Notes: generated by a model not told the origin, from the letters alone. A stretch of DNA of 64,000 bases from an uncultured Gemmatimonadales bacterium (GCA_963793305.1 CAWBZV010000009.1:22048-86047); one strand, 5' to 3'; positions 21,512 to 32,076 are shown, counted from the first letter of the stretch. Translations and numbers: made by a program.

Positions 21512-21886
21512 TTACCTCCCGCCATCACGCGCGCGCCGAATGCGCTCGCGTATCGCTTTGACTTCCCGATCGGTCAAATCCGCATCCGTCAACTTGAGCA
21601 ACGCCGTCACCGCTTGCTCAGCCGACCCGGCAAAGTACGTATCCACGACATGCTCGAGTGCCGCGTCCCTGGCCCGCTCGGTAGGCTGAGCGGGGAGATA
21701 GACGTACCGCGGCCCATCCTCCTTATGGAGAACGAGCTCTTTCTGCGCCAAGATTCGCAGAATGGACCGCACGGCCGAGTAAGTCGGCGGATCGGGCAGC
21801 TCCGCCATAATGTCCGCCACGGTGGCCTCCCCGCGGCGGTGGACGATATCCATGACCTGCCGTTCCCGTCGACTGAGTGCTTGCAT
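21512..21886 (-). CDS. BlaI/MecI/CopY family repressor
   Basis: LSRRERQVMDI, PPTYSAVRSILRIL, DGPRYVY. Confidence 0.92.
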   Translation of the reverse strand: MQALSRRERQVMDIVHRRGEATVADIMAELPDPPTYSAVRSILRILAQKELVLHKEDGPRYVYLPAQPTERARDAALEHVVDTYFAGSAEQAVTALLKLTDADLTDREVKAIRERIRRARDGGR

Positions 21887-21892
21887 AAGTGA

Positions 21893-21926
21893 TGCTGAAT
21901 TTTCAACAGGCACCCGCTTTTGTCAA
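21893..21926 (-). promoter_or_regulatory. Sigma70 promoter with overlapping BlaI-type operator
   Basis: TTGACA-N17-AAAATT on the minus strand. Palindrome TGCTGAATTTTCAACA at 21893-21908. Confidence 0.65.
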
Positions 21927-22825
21927 GCCCTCGCGCGCCGCACCTCGTACGCCCGTAGATGCAGGTACGCGAGGCTCAACAGGGCAGACTCACCTGTTCC
22001 TCGCCGTATGAGGTCGCCAAGGATGTGATCTGCCTCGGTCCTCGATCCGCGCTCAACGTCGCGCAGCATCGAGGCGGTCAATGTTGATCCTTCAGCGGTG
22101 ATCGTCCCGCGCACGCGCTCCCGCACCGGGTCCCTCGGCGGATACCCACTCGCCGTCGCGATCGCGATCGACTCGGCGAGCATGGCGGTCGCAAACGGCG
22201 CCCCGCCCGCGGCAACAATGTCGCCGACCGACGCCCGCATGAGACACGTCTCGGCCGCGAGCGTCGCCAACAAGACCCACTTCTCCCACATCTCGAGCAC
22301 AATCTGCTCGCTCAACTTCGCCTCGAACGTCGCCCCACTCAGCGCGCTCTCGATGGCGAGCACACGCGCCGAGCGACTCCCATCGCGCTCGCCAAACGTT
22401 ATCGTCTGATTCTGATTGAGGTGCAGGATGCGCCCGGCATCGTCGAGCGTGAGCGCCGCAATGGCGAGGCCGCCGAGCACGCGCTCCTTCCCGAAGTGCT
22501 GATCCAGCGCATCCAGATGACGCATGCCATTGAGGAGCGGCAGAATCGTCGTCCGCGGACCGACCGCCGGCGCGATCGCCTCCATGGCGCTCTCCAGATC
22601 GTACGCCTTGCACGAGAGGAGCACGAGGTCATACGCGCCCGACACCGTGGTTGGCGGATGCGGCAGCGTCGCATCACCGAACGGGCTCGTGATGACGAGC
22701 CCCGTCTCGGCGAGCCGCGCCGCGCGCGCGCTGCGCACGAGAAACGTGACGTCGCGCTTGGCTTGCAGGAGCCGACCGCCGAAGTATCCGCCGATCGCGC
22801 CGGCGCCGAGGACGAGAATGCGCAT
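21923..22825 (-). CDS. panE: 2-dehydropantoate 2-reductase
   Basis: MRILVLGAGAIGG, SCKAYDL, PLLNG, MWEKW, ASMLRD, TEADHI. Confidence 0.9.
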   Translation of the reverse strand: MRILVLGAGAIGGYFGGRLLQAKRDVTFLVRSARAARLAETGLVITSPFGDATLPHPPTTVSGAYDLVLLSCKAYDLESAMEAIAPAVGPRTTILPLLNGMRHLDALDQHFGKERVLGGLAIAALTLDDAGRILHLNQNQTITFGERDGSRSARVLAIESALSGATFEAKLSEQIVLEMWEKWVLLATLAAETCLMRASVGDIVAAGGAPFATAMLAESIAIATASGYPPRDPVRERVRGTITAEGSTLTASMLRDVERGSRTEADHILGDLIRRGTGESALLSLAYLHLRAYEVRRARA

Positions 22826-22848
22826 GGAATAGAGTATAATTGAACGAG

Positions 22849-23208
22849 ATGATTCACGGCTTCTGGCTGGTTGCCCTCGCGGCCTGTGCCACATTGACCG
22901 CGGTACTTCTCTTGTGGACCGCGACAGGACTCGCTCCAAAGGGAAAGGGCGTGAGTCCCTGGCCAGTGATTGGAAAGAGCTTCCTGTGGGGCCCGGTCGC
23001 TGGCGTGGTCTTCGCTGGCGCGTGCATCACTGTGGATCACGAAGCGCCAGTCGGATTCATAGCCACGGGCGCGATCCTCGGATTCGTCGTGGGCCCATGG
23101 GTCAGCGCCTTCGCGTGGGCCGACACGCTAAGGGTGTTCCCGCGCCGGCGTAAAGTGAAGGGCGCCGTCGACTCCTCGCCTCACGACACCAGCGTAGACT
23201 CCGAGTAG
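22849..23208 (+). CDS. Small hypothetical membrane protein
   Basis: Three hydrophobic segments. TATAAT 8 nt upstream. Confidence 0.5.
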   Translation: MIHGFWLVALAACATLTAVLLLWTATGLAPKGKGVSPWPVIGKSFLWGPVAGVVFAGACITVDHEAPVGFIATGAILGFVVGPWVSAFAWADTLRVFPRRRKVKGAVDSSPHDTSVDSE

Positions 23209-24558
23209 CTCGCGGCTCCACCACCGGTGCGTCTGTCGCCGCGCGGTGAAATCGGTAAACCAGTAGCGCCAGATCACGCTGCGCACCGCGGTCGGTGGCG
23301 CCGACGCGAACGGATTTCGCGCGAACAGCTTGAGCACGCTCGGCTCGGCCATCACTAGCCGCGCCTGTGTGGTCACGACCCACGGCGAGTCGTTCCACGG
23401 CCCGAGCGAGGCGAACCAGAGGTTCCACTCGAAGCGCGGCTGATATGGCGCATAAAGTCCGGGCGGCGCCTTGGGATCCTGGGGCTTGTAACGAAATGGA
23501 TATGCCACCCACGTCGTGTCATCCCGCGATCCCTGGAACTCGATCTCATACTCTGCCGTCGTCATGACGGCGAACAAGCCATAGGCGTTCGCCACGCGGA
23601 ACGGTGCCAGGAGCCGCGCCGGCAGCGCGAACGGCTCCGGCACTGATCGCGCGAAGAAATCGACGGTCGATGCGTACAGGGTGATGAAGAGTGCGCCGAC
23701 GCTCACCCACCCAACGCGTCTCGTCGTCGCCGGTGACTCACTCGGGACGTTGACGAGAAAGACGCCGAGGGCGAGCACCAGATAATTGAGAAAGGCGTAG
23801 TTGGCGGTGGTAATAATCCCGATTTGAAACAGGGTCAGGAAAACCGCCGCGTGGCGCCGAACCACTCGTGGCGCGAATACGACCCACGGTGCGAGCAGCT
23901 CGACGGCGAGAGTCATCACCGTGACGCCCGCTTGGATGACGTGCGGGAGCTGTTGCTCGTACCACCCGAGCCAGGTGGGCAGGGGATTGTTCTCGTAGTA
24001 GTGGTCCATCGCGGTGAGCGTCCGCCACTGCACGTCGCCGCTCAGGATCTTCACCAGGCCGGACTCGAAGTAGATCGAGAACCACTCCCACCGAAGCAAC
24101 CAGACCGCGGCCCGTGGCGGCGGAGCATTGGCGGCGAGTCCGGGCCGGATGCCGGGCGGCGCAAGCAACACCGCCGCCACGCCCGCCTGCATGAGCATGC
24201 CATCCGACTGGTACGATGAGAAATCCTGCAACGCCGCGATGCACGACAGAAACGCCAGGGTGCATGCCGCCACCGTCACACGAGGCCAGACGTTGAAGGT
24301 CAGCAGCATCGAGGCGATGAGCCCCGACCAAACCAGGACATTCAGCGCGAGATCACTGGTGCCAAACCAGAGCAGTGTGGGCGCGGCCCATACGTGCACG
24401 ATGCCGGGCGCGGCCTCGCGCAGGGAGTCGAGATACAGCCCCGTGGGCAAGATCCCGTTCGGTCCGATCAGCCCGTGGATCTGAAAGAGCAGCGAGTAAA
24501 AGGCCGAGCCGAATATGAGACCGAGCGCCCGCAGGAATATCCACCGCGGCCAGACCAT
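23128..24558 (-). CDS. Lipase maturation factor (LMF) family membrane protein
   Basis: FLRALGLI, YQSDGML, ESGLVK, NPLPT, TANYAFLN, NAYGLFAVMT, PYQPRFEWNLWFA. Start uncertain. Confidence 0.88.
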   Translation of the reverse strand: MVWPRWIFLRALGLIFGSAFYSLLFQIHGLIGPNGILPTGLYLDSLREAAPGIVHVWAAPTLLWFGTSDLALNVLVWSGLIASMLLTFNVWPRVTVAACTLAFLSCIAALQDFSSYQSDGMLMQAGVAAVLLAPPGIRPGLAANAPPPRAAVWLLRWEWFSIYFESGLVKILSGDVQWRTLTAMDHYYENNPLPTWLGWYEQQLPHVIQAGVTVMTLAVELLAPWVVFAPRVVRRHAAVFLTLFQIGIITTANYAFLNYLVLALGVFLVNVPSESPATTRRVGWVSVGALFITLYASTVDFFARSVPEPFALPARLLAPFRVANAYGLFAVMTTAEYEIEFQGSRDDTTWVAYPFRYKPQDPKAPPGLYAPYQPRFEWNLWFASLGPWNDSPWVVTTQARLVMAEPSVLKLFARNPFASAPPTAVRSVIWRYWFTDFTARRQTHRWWSRELLGVYAGVVRRGVDGALHFTPAREHP

Positions 24559-24584
24559 CTCTGGCGCGGGCGCGGCCAGCGATC

Positions 24585-25529
24585 TCAGGATGGAACGCCT
24601 CCATTCAAGATGGTCGCCAACTTCGGCAGGTCGATGTTGCCGCCGGAGATGACGCACACGACTCGCTCACCGCGCTTCGCTGAGCGCGCTGCCGCGACTG
24701 ATGATCCACCGGCGCCTTCGGCGACGATGTGCGCGCGCTCGGCCAACCAGCGCACTGATGTCGCGATATCGGCGACGGTACTCACGATCGAGCCGGCGAG
24801 CAGCGTCTTGACGAGTGGCCACATGTCCTCGAGCACCGCCTGCCCGCCGATGCCGTCGACGAAGCTTGGCCGCCGTTCGACGCGGCTGGCGCGGCCCTCG
24901 CGCAGCGATGCCGCGAGAGGCGCGGCGGTTTCGACCTCGCAGGCGTAGACGCGGGCAGACGAGCCGGCGGCGCGCAGGCCGAGCGCGATGCCGCAGGCCA
25001 GGCCGCCGCCGCCAAACGGCACGAGCACGGTGTCAACGTCCGGCATGTCCTCGAGAATCTCGAGCGCGATCGTCGCGTTGCCGGTCATGACGTCGACATT
25101 GGCAAATGGGTGAACGAACCGACCATCGAGTCCCGGATACGATCGCTCTTCGAACACCTGCCACCAGCGCTCGGGCGACACCTTGATAACGGTGCCGCCG
25201 AGTCGCTCGACGGCGCTGGTCTTCGCAACCGGCGCGCTGTCGGGAACGATGGCGGTGGCTGGAATGCCTTGTGCACGAGCGACCCAGGCCACGCCTTGCG
25301 CCATGTTGCCGGCGCTCGCGGTATATGCCGATCGCCACGAGCCCGAGGCGAGCGCGGCCGCCGCGCCGCGGATCTTGAATGATCCGATCGGTTGCAGCGT
25401 CTCCAATTTGAGCGCGAGGCCCTCGACGGTGATCAACGGCGTGCGTATGGCGATTCCGCGAAGCGACAAGCGAGTCGTCTCGATCGCATCGAGGGAAAGC
25501 GAGGTGGGAAGTGTGACTGTAGTGGGCAC
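24585..25529 (-). CDS. Threonine/serine dehydratase family PLP enzyme
   Basis: KLETLQPIGSFKIRG, ASAGNMAQG, PFGGGGL, ISGGNID. Confidence 0.9.
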   Translation of the reverse strand: MPTTVTLPTSLSLDAIETTRLSLRGIAIRTPLITVEGLALKLETLQPIGSFKIRGAAAALASGSWRSAYTASAGNMAQGVAWVARAQGIPATAIVPDSAPVAKTSAVERLGGTVIKVSPERWWQVFEERSYPGLDGRFVHPFANVDVMTGNATIALEILEDMPDVDTVLVPFGGGGLACGIALGLRAAGSSARVYACEVETAAPLAASLREGRASRVERRPSFVDGIGGQAVLEDMWPLVKTLLAGSIVSTVADIATSVRWLAERAHIVAEGAGGSSVAAARSAKRGERVVCVISGGNIDLPKLATILNGGVPS

Positions 25530-25545
25530 GTTTCGTCGGGTTGGT

Positions 25546-26751
25546 ATGCGGCGATACCCCATTCTATATCTGGTCGCGCTCGCTCTGTTAGGGGCTTGCG
25601 CGAGCGGGCACTCGGCGACCGGGCCATCGGGGACCAGCCTCACGGTCGTGAGCGGCGACAGTCAGACCGGGACATTCGGCGCGGTACTCGGCGCACCGGT
25701 CGTCGTGCACGTTGCGCCAGGGACACCCGTTACATGGCAACCATCGACCGGGTCCGGCACGATCAGCGCGCCGGCGACGAGCGACTCCAATGGGTTGGTG
25801 CACGCGTCATGGACGCTCGGGCCGGAGTTCTTCGGTCAGTCTGTGTTGGTCACTGCCAATGGCCAGTCGCTGACCGTTTATGCATGGGGTAATGGGAGTG
25901 GAGACCTCGGCGGACGGCAGGTCTTCCCGGCGGACAACGCCTGGAACGCCGATATTTCAAACGCTCCGGTTGACGCCAACTCGCCGACGCTGATCGCGAG
26001 CTGCGGCGCTTCGAGCTCGCTGCATCCGGATTTCGGCACGGTCTACAACGGCGCCCCGAACGGGATTCCCTATGTCGTCGTGCACGGGAATCAACCGCTC
26101 GTCCCGGTGAGTTTTCAGTACGCGAGCGAGAGCGACCCTGGACCGTATCCGGTGCCGCCGAACGCATCAGTCGAGGGTGGCCCGAGCGGCACTGGCGACC
26201 GGCATGTGCTCGTGCTGGATGCGGACGCCTGGAAGCTGTACGAGATGTGGGATGCCACGCCGGTGGGGAGCGGGAGCTCCTGGACCGCCGGCTCCGGCGC
26301 GATCTTCGACCTCTCGTCGGACGCGCTGCGCCCGGCCGGCTGGACATCGGCCGATGCCGCCGGGCTCCCGATCCTGCCGGGTCTCGTCTGCTACGACGAA
26401 GTCGTCATCCACGGCGCGATCACGCACGCGCTGCGGTTCACCTGTCCAGCGACACGCAAAGGCTACATCGCTCCCGCGCGGCACGAAGCGTCGAGCGACA
26501 CCAGCTCGGCGCTCCCGCCAATGGGTATGCGCGTGCGACTCAAGGCCATGTCGCTCGCGTCGTTTCCTCCCCATGTACAGGTGATTCTGCGGGCGCTCCA
26601 GCAGTATGGGATGTTCGTGGCTGACAACGGCTCGGCGTTCTACGTGAGTGGCGCGCCTGATCCTCGATGGAGCGACGACGAATTGCACGCGATGACAGCG
26701 CTCCACGGCAGCGACTTCGAGGTCGTGCAGATGGGGCCCGTCACACCGTAG
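25546..26751 (+). CDS. Lipoprotein: Ig-like domain plus uncharacterised C-terminal domain
   Basis: Lipobox LGAC, VSGDSQTG Ig-like segment, then FPADNAWN..LHPDFG..ESDPGPYP..GDRH..WTSADAAGLP..ADNGS. Confidence 0.75.
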   Translation: MRRYPILYLVALALLGACASGHSATGPSGTSLTVVSGDSQTGTFGAVLGAPVVVHVAPGTPVTWQPSTGSGTISAPATSDSNGLVHASWTLGPEFFGQSVLVTANGQSLTVYAWGNGSGDLGGRQVFPADNAWNADISNAPVDANSPTLIASCGASSSLHPDFGTVYNGAPNGIPYVVVHGNQPLVPVSFQYASESDPGPYPVPPNASVEGGPSGTGDRHVLVLDADAWKLYEMWDATPVGSGSSWTAGSGAIFDLSSDALRPAGWTSADAAGLPILPGLVCYDEVVIHGAITHALRFTCPATRKGYIAPARHEASSDTSSALPPMGMRVRLKAMSLASFPPHVQVILRALQQYGMFVADNGSAFYVSGAPDPRWSDDELHAMTALHGSDFEVVQMGPVTP

Positions 26752-27385
26752 TGCCGGCGACGGCGGCGATGCCGGCGAGCGAGAACGTCGTGATGTGCTC
26801 GACCATCTCGTCGATCTGCGCTTCGGTGTGTGGCAACGTATCGCCGAAGGCGATCGTGCGGAACTTGTCGGGACGACAGAACAAAAATTGCGAGTGGACG
26901 CTGATCGCGCAGCGGAGCACCCGTGGGTCATCGTCGGTGGTCGCCAGCAGCTCGGCCATGAGGCCACGGAGATAGCGCAGCCGCGGCTGGAACCCGTGCT
27001 CGACAATCCACTCCGTAGCCGCGGTCGGCTCGGCCATCTCGTGAATCATGAGGCGGAAGATCCACGAGCCCGGGTCGATGCTGATCAAGAGGCGCACGTG
27101 CATGGCGATGTAGTGCCGCAAGCGCTCCTCGGCCGTCGAGCCGGGACGCGCGTGCATCGTCACGTCGCTGTGCTTCCGCATTTCCTGCACGGCCAGCTCC
27201 AGCACCGCCATGTAGAGGCCGAACTTATCGCCGAAGTGATAGTTCACGGCGGCGAGGTTCGCCCCCGCCGCGCGCGCGATGTCGCGCACGGTCACCTTCG
27301 CGAACCCATGCTCGGCGAACATCCGGATGCCCGTGTCGAGCAGCCGCTGGCGCGTCTCCTGGCCGCGCGGGCTGGAGTCGCTCAC
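26741..27385 (-). CDS. TetR family regulator with CerR/DUF1956 C-terminus (CecR/YbiH-like)
   Basis: TVRDIARAAGANLAAVNYHFGDK, HITTFSLAGI. Confidence 0.85.
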   Translation of the reverse strand: MSDSSPRGQETRQRLLDTGIRMFAEHGFAKVTVRDIARAAGANLAAVNYHFGDKFGLYMAVLELAVQEMRKHSDVTMHARPGSTAEERLRHYIAMHVRLLISIDPGSWIFRLMIHEMAEPTAATEWIVEHGFQPRLRYLRGLMAELLATTDDDPRVLRCAISVHSQFLFCRPDKFRTIAFGDTLPHTEAQIDEMVEHITTFSLAGIAAVAGTTV

Positions 27386-28503
27386 AGCGTCCGCCGAAAG
27401 AGCCGCGTGGCGATGGCCAGCGTGATCACGGTGAAGATCGCCAGGTACACGAGATCCCCCCAGATCGCCTCAAACCCGGTGTTCTTGAGCAACAGGCACT
27501 TGAACGCGTGCACGCCATAGGTGAACGGATCGACGATGGCGAGGCCCTTCATCCACGTCGGGAACGCTTGCTGCGGATAGACGGCGCCGCTCGGAAACCA
27601 GAGGAGCGTATTGAGGAGGCCGAACATCGCCCGTGGAATGAGCGGGTCGCTCATGCGGGCCATCAGCATGAACATCATGCTGACGAGCGCCATGGACGTC
27701 ATCACGACCACGACGGCAAGTCTCACCAAACGCAAGGGATTAAACGGGTGAGGAATGCCGGCGATCAGCGACCCGACAGTGATGAGCACGAACCCCGCGA
27801 TCACCGCCTTGATCGTACCGGAGATATTGAAGCCGAGGATCAGCTCTAGCTTGCTGATGGGCGTGACGAGGTATCCCTCGTGCAGGCCACGCGATTTGTC
27901 GTCGATGTAGATGATCCCGCCGCCGATCATGACCATGACGAAGATGGCCATGACGGTGGTGCCGGCGAGGAGATACTGGATGTACGGGACGTACGGGTAC
28001 ACCTCCACGACATCCATCGAGGTCTGGGGCGGCACGCGACTGGCTGGCAGATCGGTTGCGCTGGAATCGTACGCCTGCACCATACCAGATACGCTTCCCT
28101 CGAGCGCACCGCTGGCGAACTGATCGGTGTTGTCTTCGATCAACGCGATCCGCGGATCGTCCTTGGCGAGCACCCGGCGAGAGTACCCGGGCGGAATCGT
28201 CAGGACCGCGCTCAGATGGCCGTTGCGCAGCGCCGTGAGCGCCGAGCCCTGGTCGTCGTAGGGCACCGCGTCGAAGGTGCGCGCGTTGGCCGCGACGGCG
28301 CCGGAGAGCTCGTGGAGCTTGACCGCCGGCACGCCGCGGTCTTGATCGACGACACCCAGCTTGAGGCCTTTGACCTTGCCGCCGAATGCGTAGCCCAGAA
28401 CCACGAGCTGCACGATCGGCATGATGCAGGACATGACAATGAGCGCGGGGCTCTTGCTGAACCGCCGCAAGTCGCGCTCGACGAGTGCCCAGATGCGTTG
28501 CAT
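27382..28503 (-). CDS. ABC-2 type permease
   Basis: VQLVVLGYAFGG, VVDQD, PSGAVYP, DPFTYGV, 6 TMs. Confidence 0.88.
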   Translation of the reverse strand: MQRIWALVERDLRRFSKSPALIVMSCIMPIVQLVVLGYAFGGKVKGLKLGVVDQDRGVPAVKLHELSGAVAANARTFDAVPYDDQGSALTALRNGHLSAVLTIPPGYSRRVLAKDDPRIALIEDNTDQFASGALEGSVSGMVQAYDSSATDLPASRVPPQTSMDVVEVYPYVPYIQYLLAGTTVMAIFVMVMIGGGIIYIDDKSRGLHEGYLVTPISKLELILGFNISGTIKAVIAGFVLITVGSLIAGIPHPFNPLRLVRLAVVVVMTSMALVSMMFMLMARMSDPLIPRAMFGLLNTLLWFPSGAVYPQQAFPTWMKGLAIVDPFTYGVHAFKCLLLKNTGFEAIWGDLVYLAIFTVITLAIATRLFRRTL

Positions 28504-28504
28504 G

Positions 28505-29495
28505 CTAGCGTCTCATCGTGAACGGGCTATCCGCGGCCGTGGGCGCTTGGAGCTCATCGCGGAGTTGGCGGCCCGTGAAGTGGAGGAAAACGTCGTCGAG
28601 CGTGACGCTCGCGACACCGAGCGTTTGCACCGTCACGCCGTTGGCGTCTGCTGCTTCCAGTACGCCGCGCGTGGTCTCCGGGGCGTGATGGGTCGTGATG
28701 CGGAAGACGTGACCCTCGGTGACCACGTGATCCACACCCGGGATTCGGCCGAGTCGTGCTTCCCAATCGGCGGGCGCTTTGGCGAACGTCATCTCCAGTG
28801 TGTCGGCGCCAGCCACGCTTTCTTTCAGGTTGGTTGGCGTATCGAGCGCCGCGAGCTTGCCGTGATCGACAATGGCGATACGATCGCAGAGCTTGTCGGC
28901 TTCGTCCATGTAGTGTGTCGTGAGCAGAACGGTCAGGTCGCGATCGGCTTTGATCTTGCGGAGCATCTCCCAGACTCCGGTGCGCGATACCGGGTCCAGC
29001 CCGGTCGTCGGCTCGTCGAGAAAGAAATATCTTGGGCTCATGCACGAGCCCCCGGGCAATCTCCACGCGGCGCCGCATGCCGCCTGACAGTTTCTTGACC
29101 GGTTGGTCGGCCCACTGCGTAAGCTCGACCGCCTCGAGCAGTTCGCCGATCAGACGCTTGCGCTTCTCGCGTGCCACGCCGTACAGCTTGGCGAAGATGG
29201 TGAGATTCTCCCTCGGCGTCAGTTCCAAATCGCTGGTGAGTGCTTGTGGAATGACGCCAATCGCGCGGCGCACATCGTCGGGAGACGTGGTGACATCCGC
29301 CCCCGCGATAATTGCCGTGCCTGATGTCGGAGGGATCAGCGTGACCATCATGCGAATCAACGTCGACTTGCCGGCGCCGTTCGGACCGAGCAGACCGAAG
29401 ATCTCGCCCGGCTCGACGCTGAACGAGATGTGATCAACGGCCGTGAATGTGCCGAACGTCTTGGTGATCGCTCGAACGTCGACGGCGGCACTCAT
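28505..29495 (-). CDS. ABC exporter ATP-binding protein (frameshift ~29025)
   Basis: GPNGAGKST and LSGGMRRR in one frame, [11 protein letters not shown] and TTHYMDEA in the next. Confidence 0.88.
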
Positions 29496-30547
29496 GTGTG
29501 GGTGACCCGCGGAGGCAAAAGCACATAGGCGGTCATGCCGACGGCGAGCCGGCGGTCCTTGTTGTCGACGCGCACCCGAATCTCGAACGTCTTGATGTCG
29601 CGCTTGGACCGGCTGACATCACGTTGCGTCGCGAACCCCGCGTCGACGCCGCGATAAATAACGACTCCCCGGCGCTCCTCCCCTGACGGAAGCCGGACCA
29701 TGAGCGAGTCGCCGAGGCGCACGCGATCGATGTACGTCTCTTCAACGTCCCCGCGGATCCATAGTCCGTCGGGATTGATCAAGGTGACGATCGGCTGCCC
29801 CGCCGTGACGACCTCGCCGCTCCGAACGGCCCGAACATCGACAATACCGGCGATGGGCGACCGGACCTCTGCATAAGCGAGCCGCACGTCGGCTTTCGCT
29901 TGCTGCGCGACCGCCGCGTCGCGCTCTTGTCGCGCCGCGCCGAGCTCGCTGCGCTTCATCGCGACCTGCTCGGATGCCGCGCGCGCCATCGCCAGGGCGG
30001 CGCGCTGAGCCTCGACTTGTTTGTCGGCCGCGTCGGCCCGGGCTTGGGCGACGTTGTAGGTGTTCTGCTGGGAGTCGAGCTCTTGCTTGGCGACGCCGCC
30101 CGTCTTGGCGAGCGCGACATACCGATCGAGCTGAACCTTGGCGTTGGCCAGGTTGGCCGCCGCTTCGGCTTGCTGGGCGACCGCGGCGGCCAGGAGGGCC
30201 TCGGCCTGCGTGATCTGATCGTCCGTCTGCATCTGCTGGAGCCGAAGCGACGCCTCGCTCTCCTGGACCTTCACCGAGTCCTGGGCGGCGCTGTGTGTGT
30301 AGTACGCCTGATCGGCGGCGAGCTCCAATGGGACGAGCTTGGCGACCAGCTGATTGGGTGTGACCGAGTCGCCTTGGTTGACGAGCAGTTGGGAGATTTG
30401 ACCGCCGACCTGAGGGCTCACGATGACGTCGTCAGTCGTCACGACGCCGGTGAGCACGAGGTCGGTGGATCGCGAGTTGATGACCCACGCAATGATAGCG
30501 ACGAGGAGGAGCGAGGCAGCCCCGAGCGCGAGACGCTTACGTTTCAT
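29492..30547 (-). CDS. HlyD family membrane fusion protein (YbhG-like)
   Basis: N-terminal TM, lipoyl half-motifs, coiled coil, FATQRDV, LAVGMTA. Confidence 0.88.
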   Translation of the reverse strand: MKRKRLALGAASLLLVAIIAWVINSRSTDLVLTGVVTTDDVIVSPQVGGQISQLLVNQGDSVTPNQLVAKLVPLELAADQAYYTHSAAQDSVKVQESEASLRLQQMQTDDQITQAEALLAAAVAQQAEAAANLANAKVQLDRYVALAKTGGVAKQELDSQQNTYNVAQARADAADKQVEAQRAALAMARAASEQVAMKRSELGAARQERDAAVAQQAKADVRLAYAEVRSPIAGIVDVRAVRSGEVVTAGQPIVTLINPDGLWIRGDVEETYIDRVRLGDSLMVRLPSGEERRGVVIYRGVDAGFATQRDVSRSKRDIKTFEIRVRVDNKDRRLAVGMTAYVLLPPRVTHT

Positions 30548-30630
30548 GGCCTCAATATAACAAACGACTGTATGAAACGCGAGTTTTACTGTGGCGCTAG
30601 CGGTTTCCGTTTGCTATACATCTCATTCGT

Positions 30631-32076
30631 ATGCGGTCACTTGTCCGTATTCAGCTACTCGCCGCGCTGGTGGGTGCAACGACCGCTCAGGCGCAGCAGT
30701 TTGCCTCCGCGGTGGGCGTTGTCGTGGACAGCGTCCACGGTGGGCCGCTCCGCGGAGCGCTCGTGGTGGTCGAGGGCACCGACGCCGAAGCAACGGTCGA
30801 TGAGCACGGGCGGTTCCGCATCGATAGTATCCCCCCCGGCGCGCACCAACTCGGCGTGTTCCATCCGCTGCTGGACTCTCTCGGCGTCGCGGTAGGGACG
30901 GGCAAGCTCACGTTCGATAGTGGCTCCGCGACCTCCGTGGTGCTGGCGACGCCGTCGGTCCCCAGCATCATCGCGCTCTATTGCAGCGAGGACGAGCGCG
31001 CCCATGGCGCCGGCGCGATCATTGGGCACGTGATGATCGCGGACAGCGATGAGCCGGCGACCAATGCGACGGTTCGCTATACCTGGCGGTCGGTCATCCG
31101 CGACAAGCCGGTGCTCGAGGCGCACGTGTCTGCCGACGGCGAGTACCGCATCTGCGGCGTCCCGCTTGGGGCCCGCGGCACGCTACGGGCCGAGCAGGGC
31201 GGGCTCGTCACCGGCGACCTGCCGGCCGAGGTGGCGACGAGACCGTTGGCGTTAGTGGCGCTGCATCTTCCCCGTCCTCGCCAGGCCAACAGCCCGGGCG
31301 CGGTCGTCTCGGGTCGCGTGGTCGACGGGCACGGCATACCCGTCACCGGTGTCGACGTGATCTTCGATTCGTTGACGCGAACACTGACGACGGACAGCGG
31401 CGCGTTCACCTTGCGTGGATTGGCGTCAGGTTCACGCGCGGTGCAGTTCCGGAAGGTCGGGTTCAAGGCCATCGATGTATCCGTCGATTTGTCCATCGCG
31501 AAGCCGGCGTCGATGAGCGTGGTCCTCACTCCCGCGCCGCCAGTATTGGCTACGGTCGACATCACGGCGACTCGTCAGAAGGCCTTGGATCGCGTCGGAT
31601 TCACGGGGCGCGAACGATCAGCGGCGGGCGTGTTCCTGACGGCGCGGGATATCGACCAGCGCAGCCCGGTGACCTTTTCCGATCTGGCACGGACGGTGTC
31701 CGGGCTCAAGGTGAGCCTGCGCAATGGACAGAGCGTCGTGACCCAGCCGCTCGGCGAGTCGTACCGGGGCAATGGGTGTGTCCTCTTCGAGCTGGATGGC
31801 GCCGCGTTCAGTGACGAGCCACCGGGCACGATCGACGCGCATATCCAACCAACGTCGATTATCGCGATGGAGGTGTATCACCCGGGCGCCGCGCCGCTCC
31901 AAATCCTACAGGATGCCACGCCCGGCGATTTCGGCATGCAGCAACCGCCCAACAAGACGCAGCAAGCGCAAACGCGTCTGGAGACACCGGGAACGGTGGA
32001 GGGCGTGGGGAGCGCCTCGGCCACCTCGTGCACGGTGGTCGTGATCTGGACCAAGGCGACATCGGGCGGGAATTAA
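30631..32076 (+). CDS. Secreted carboxypeptidase-regulatory-like repeat protein with TonB plug-like C-terminus
   Basis: Signal peptide, three GxVxD beta-sandwich repeats, GVFLTARDI..DG..IIAMEVY..C.VVVIWTK. Confidence 0.7.
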   Translation: MRSLVRIQLLAALVGATTAQAQQFASAVGVVVDSVHGGPLRGALVVVEGTDAEATVDEHGRFRIDSIPPGAHQLGVFHPLLDSLGVAVGTGKLTFDSGSATSVVLATPSVPSIIALYCSEDERAHGAGAIIGHVMIADSDEPATNATVRYTWRSVIRDKPVLEAHVSADGEYRICGVPLGARGTLRAEQGGLVTGDLPAEVATRPLALVALHLPRPRQANSPGAVVSGRVVDGHGIPVTGVDVIFDSLTRTLTTDSGAFTLRGLASGSRAVQFRKVGFKAIDVSVDLSIAKPASMSVVLTPAPPVLATVDITATRQKALDRVGFTGRERSAAGVFLTARDIDQRSPVTFSDLARTVSGLKVSLRNGQSVVTQPLGESYRGNGCVLFELDGAAFSDEPPGTIDAHIQPTSIIAMEVYHPGAAPLQILQDATPGDFGMQQPPNKTQQAQTRLETPGTVEGVGSASATSCTVVVIWTKATSGGN

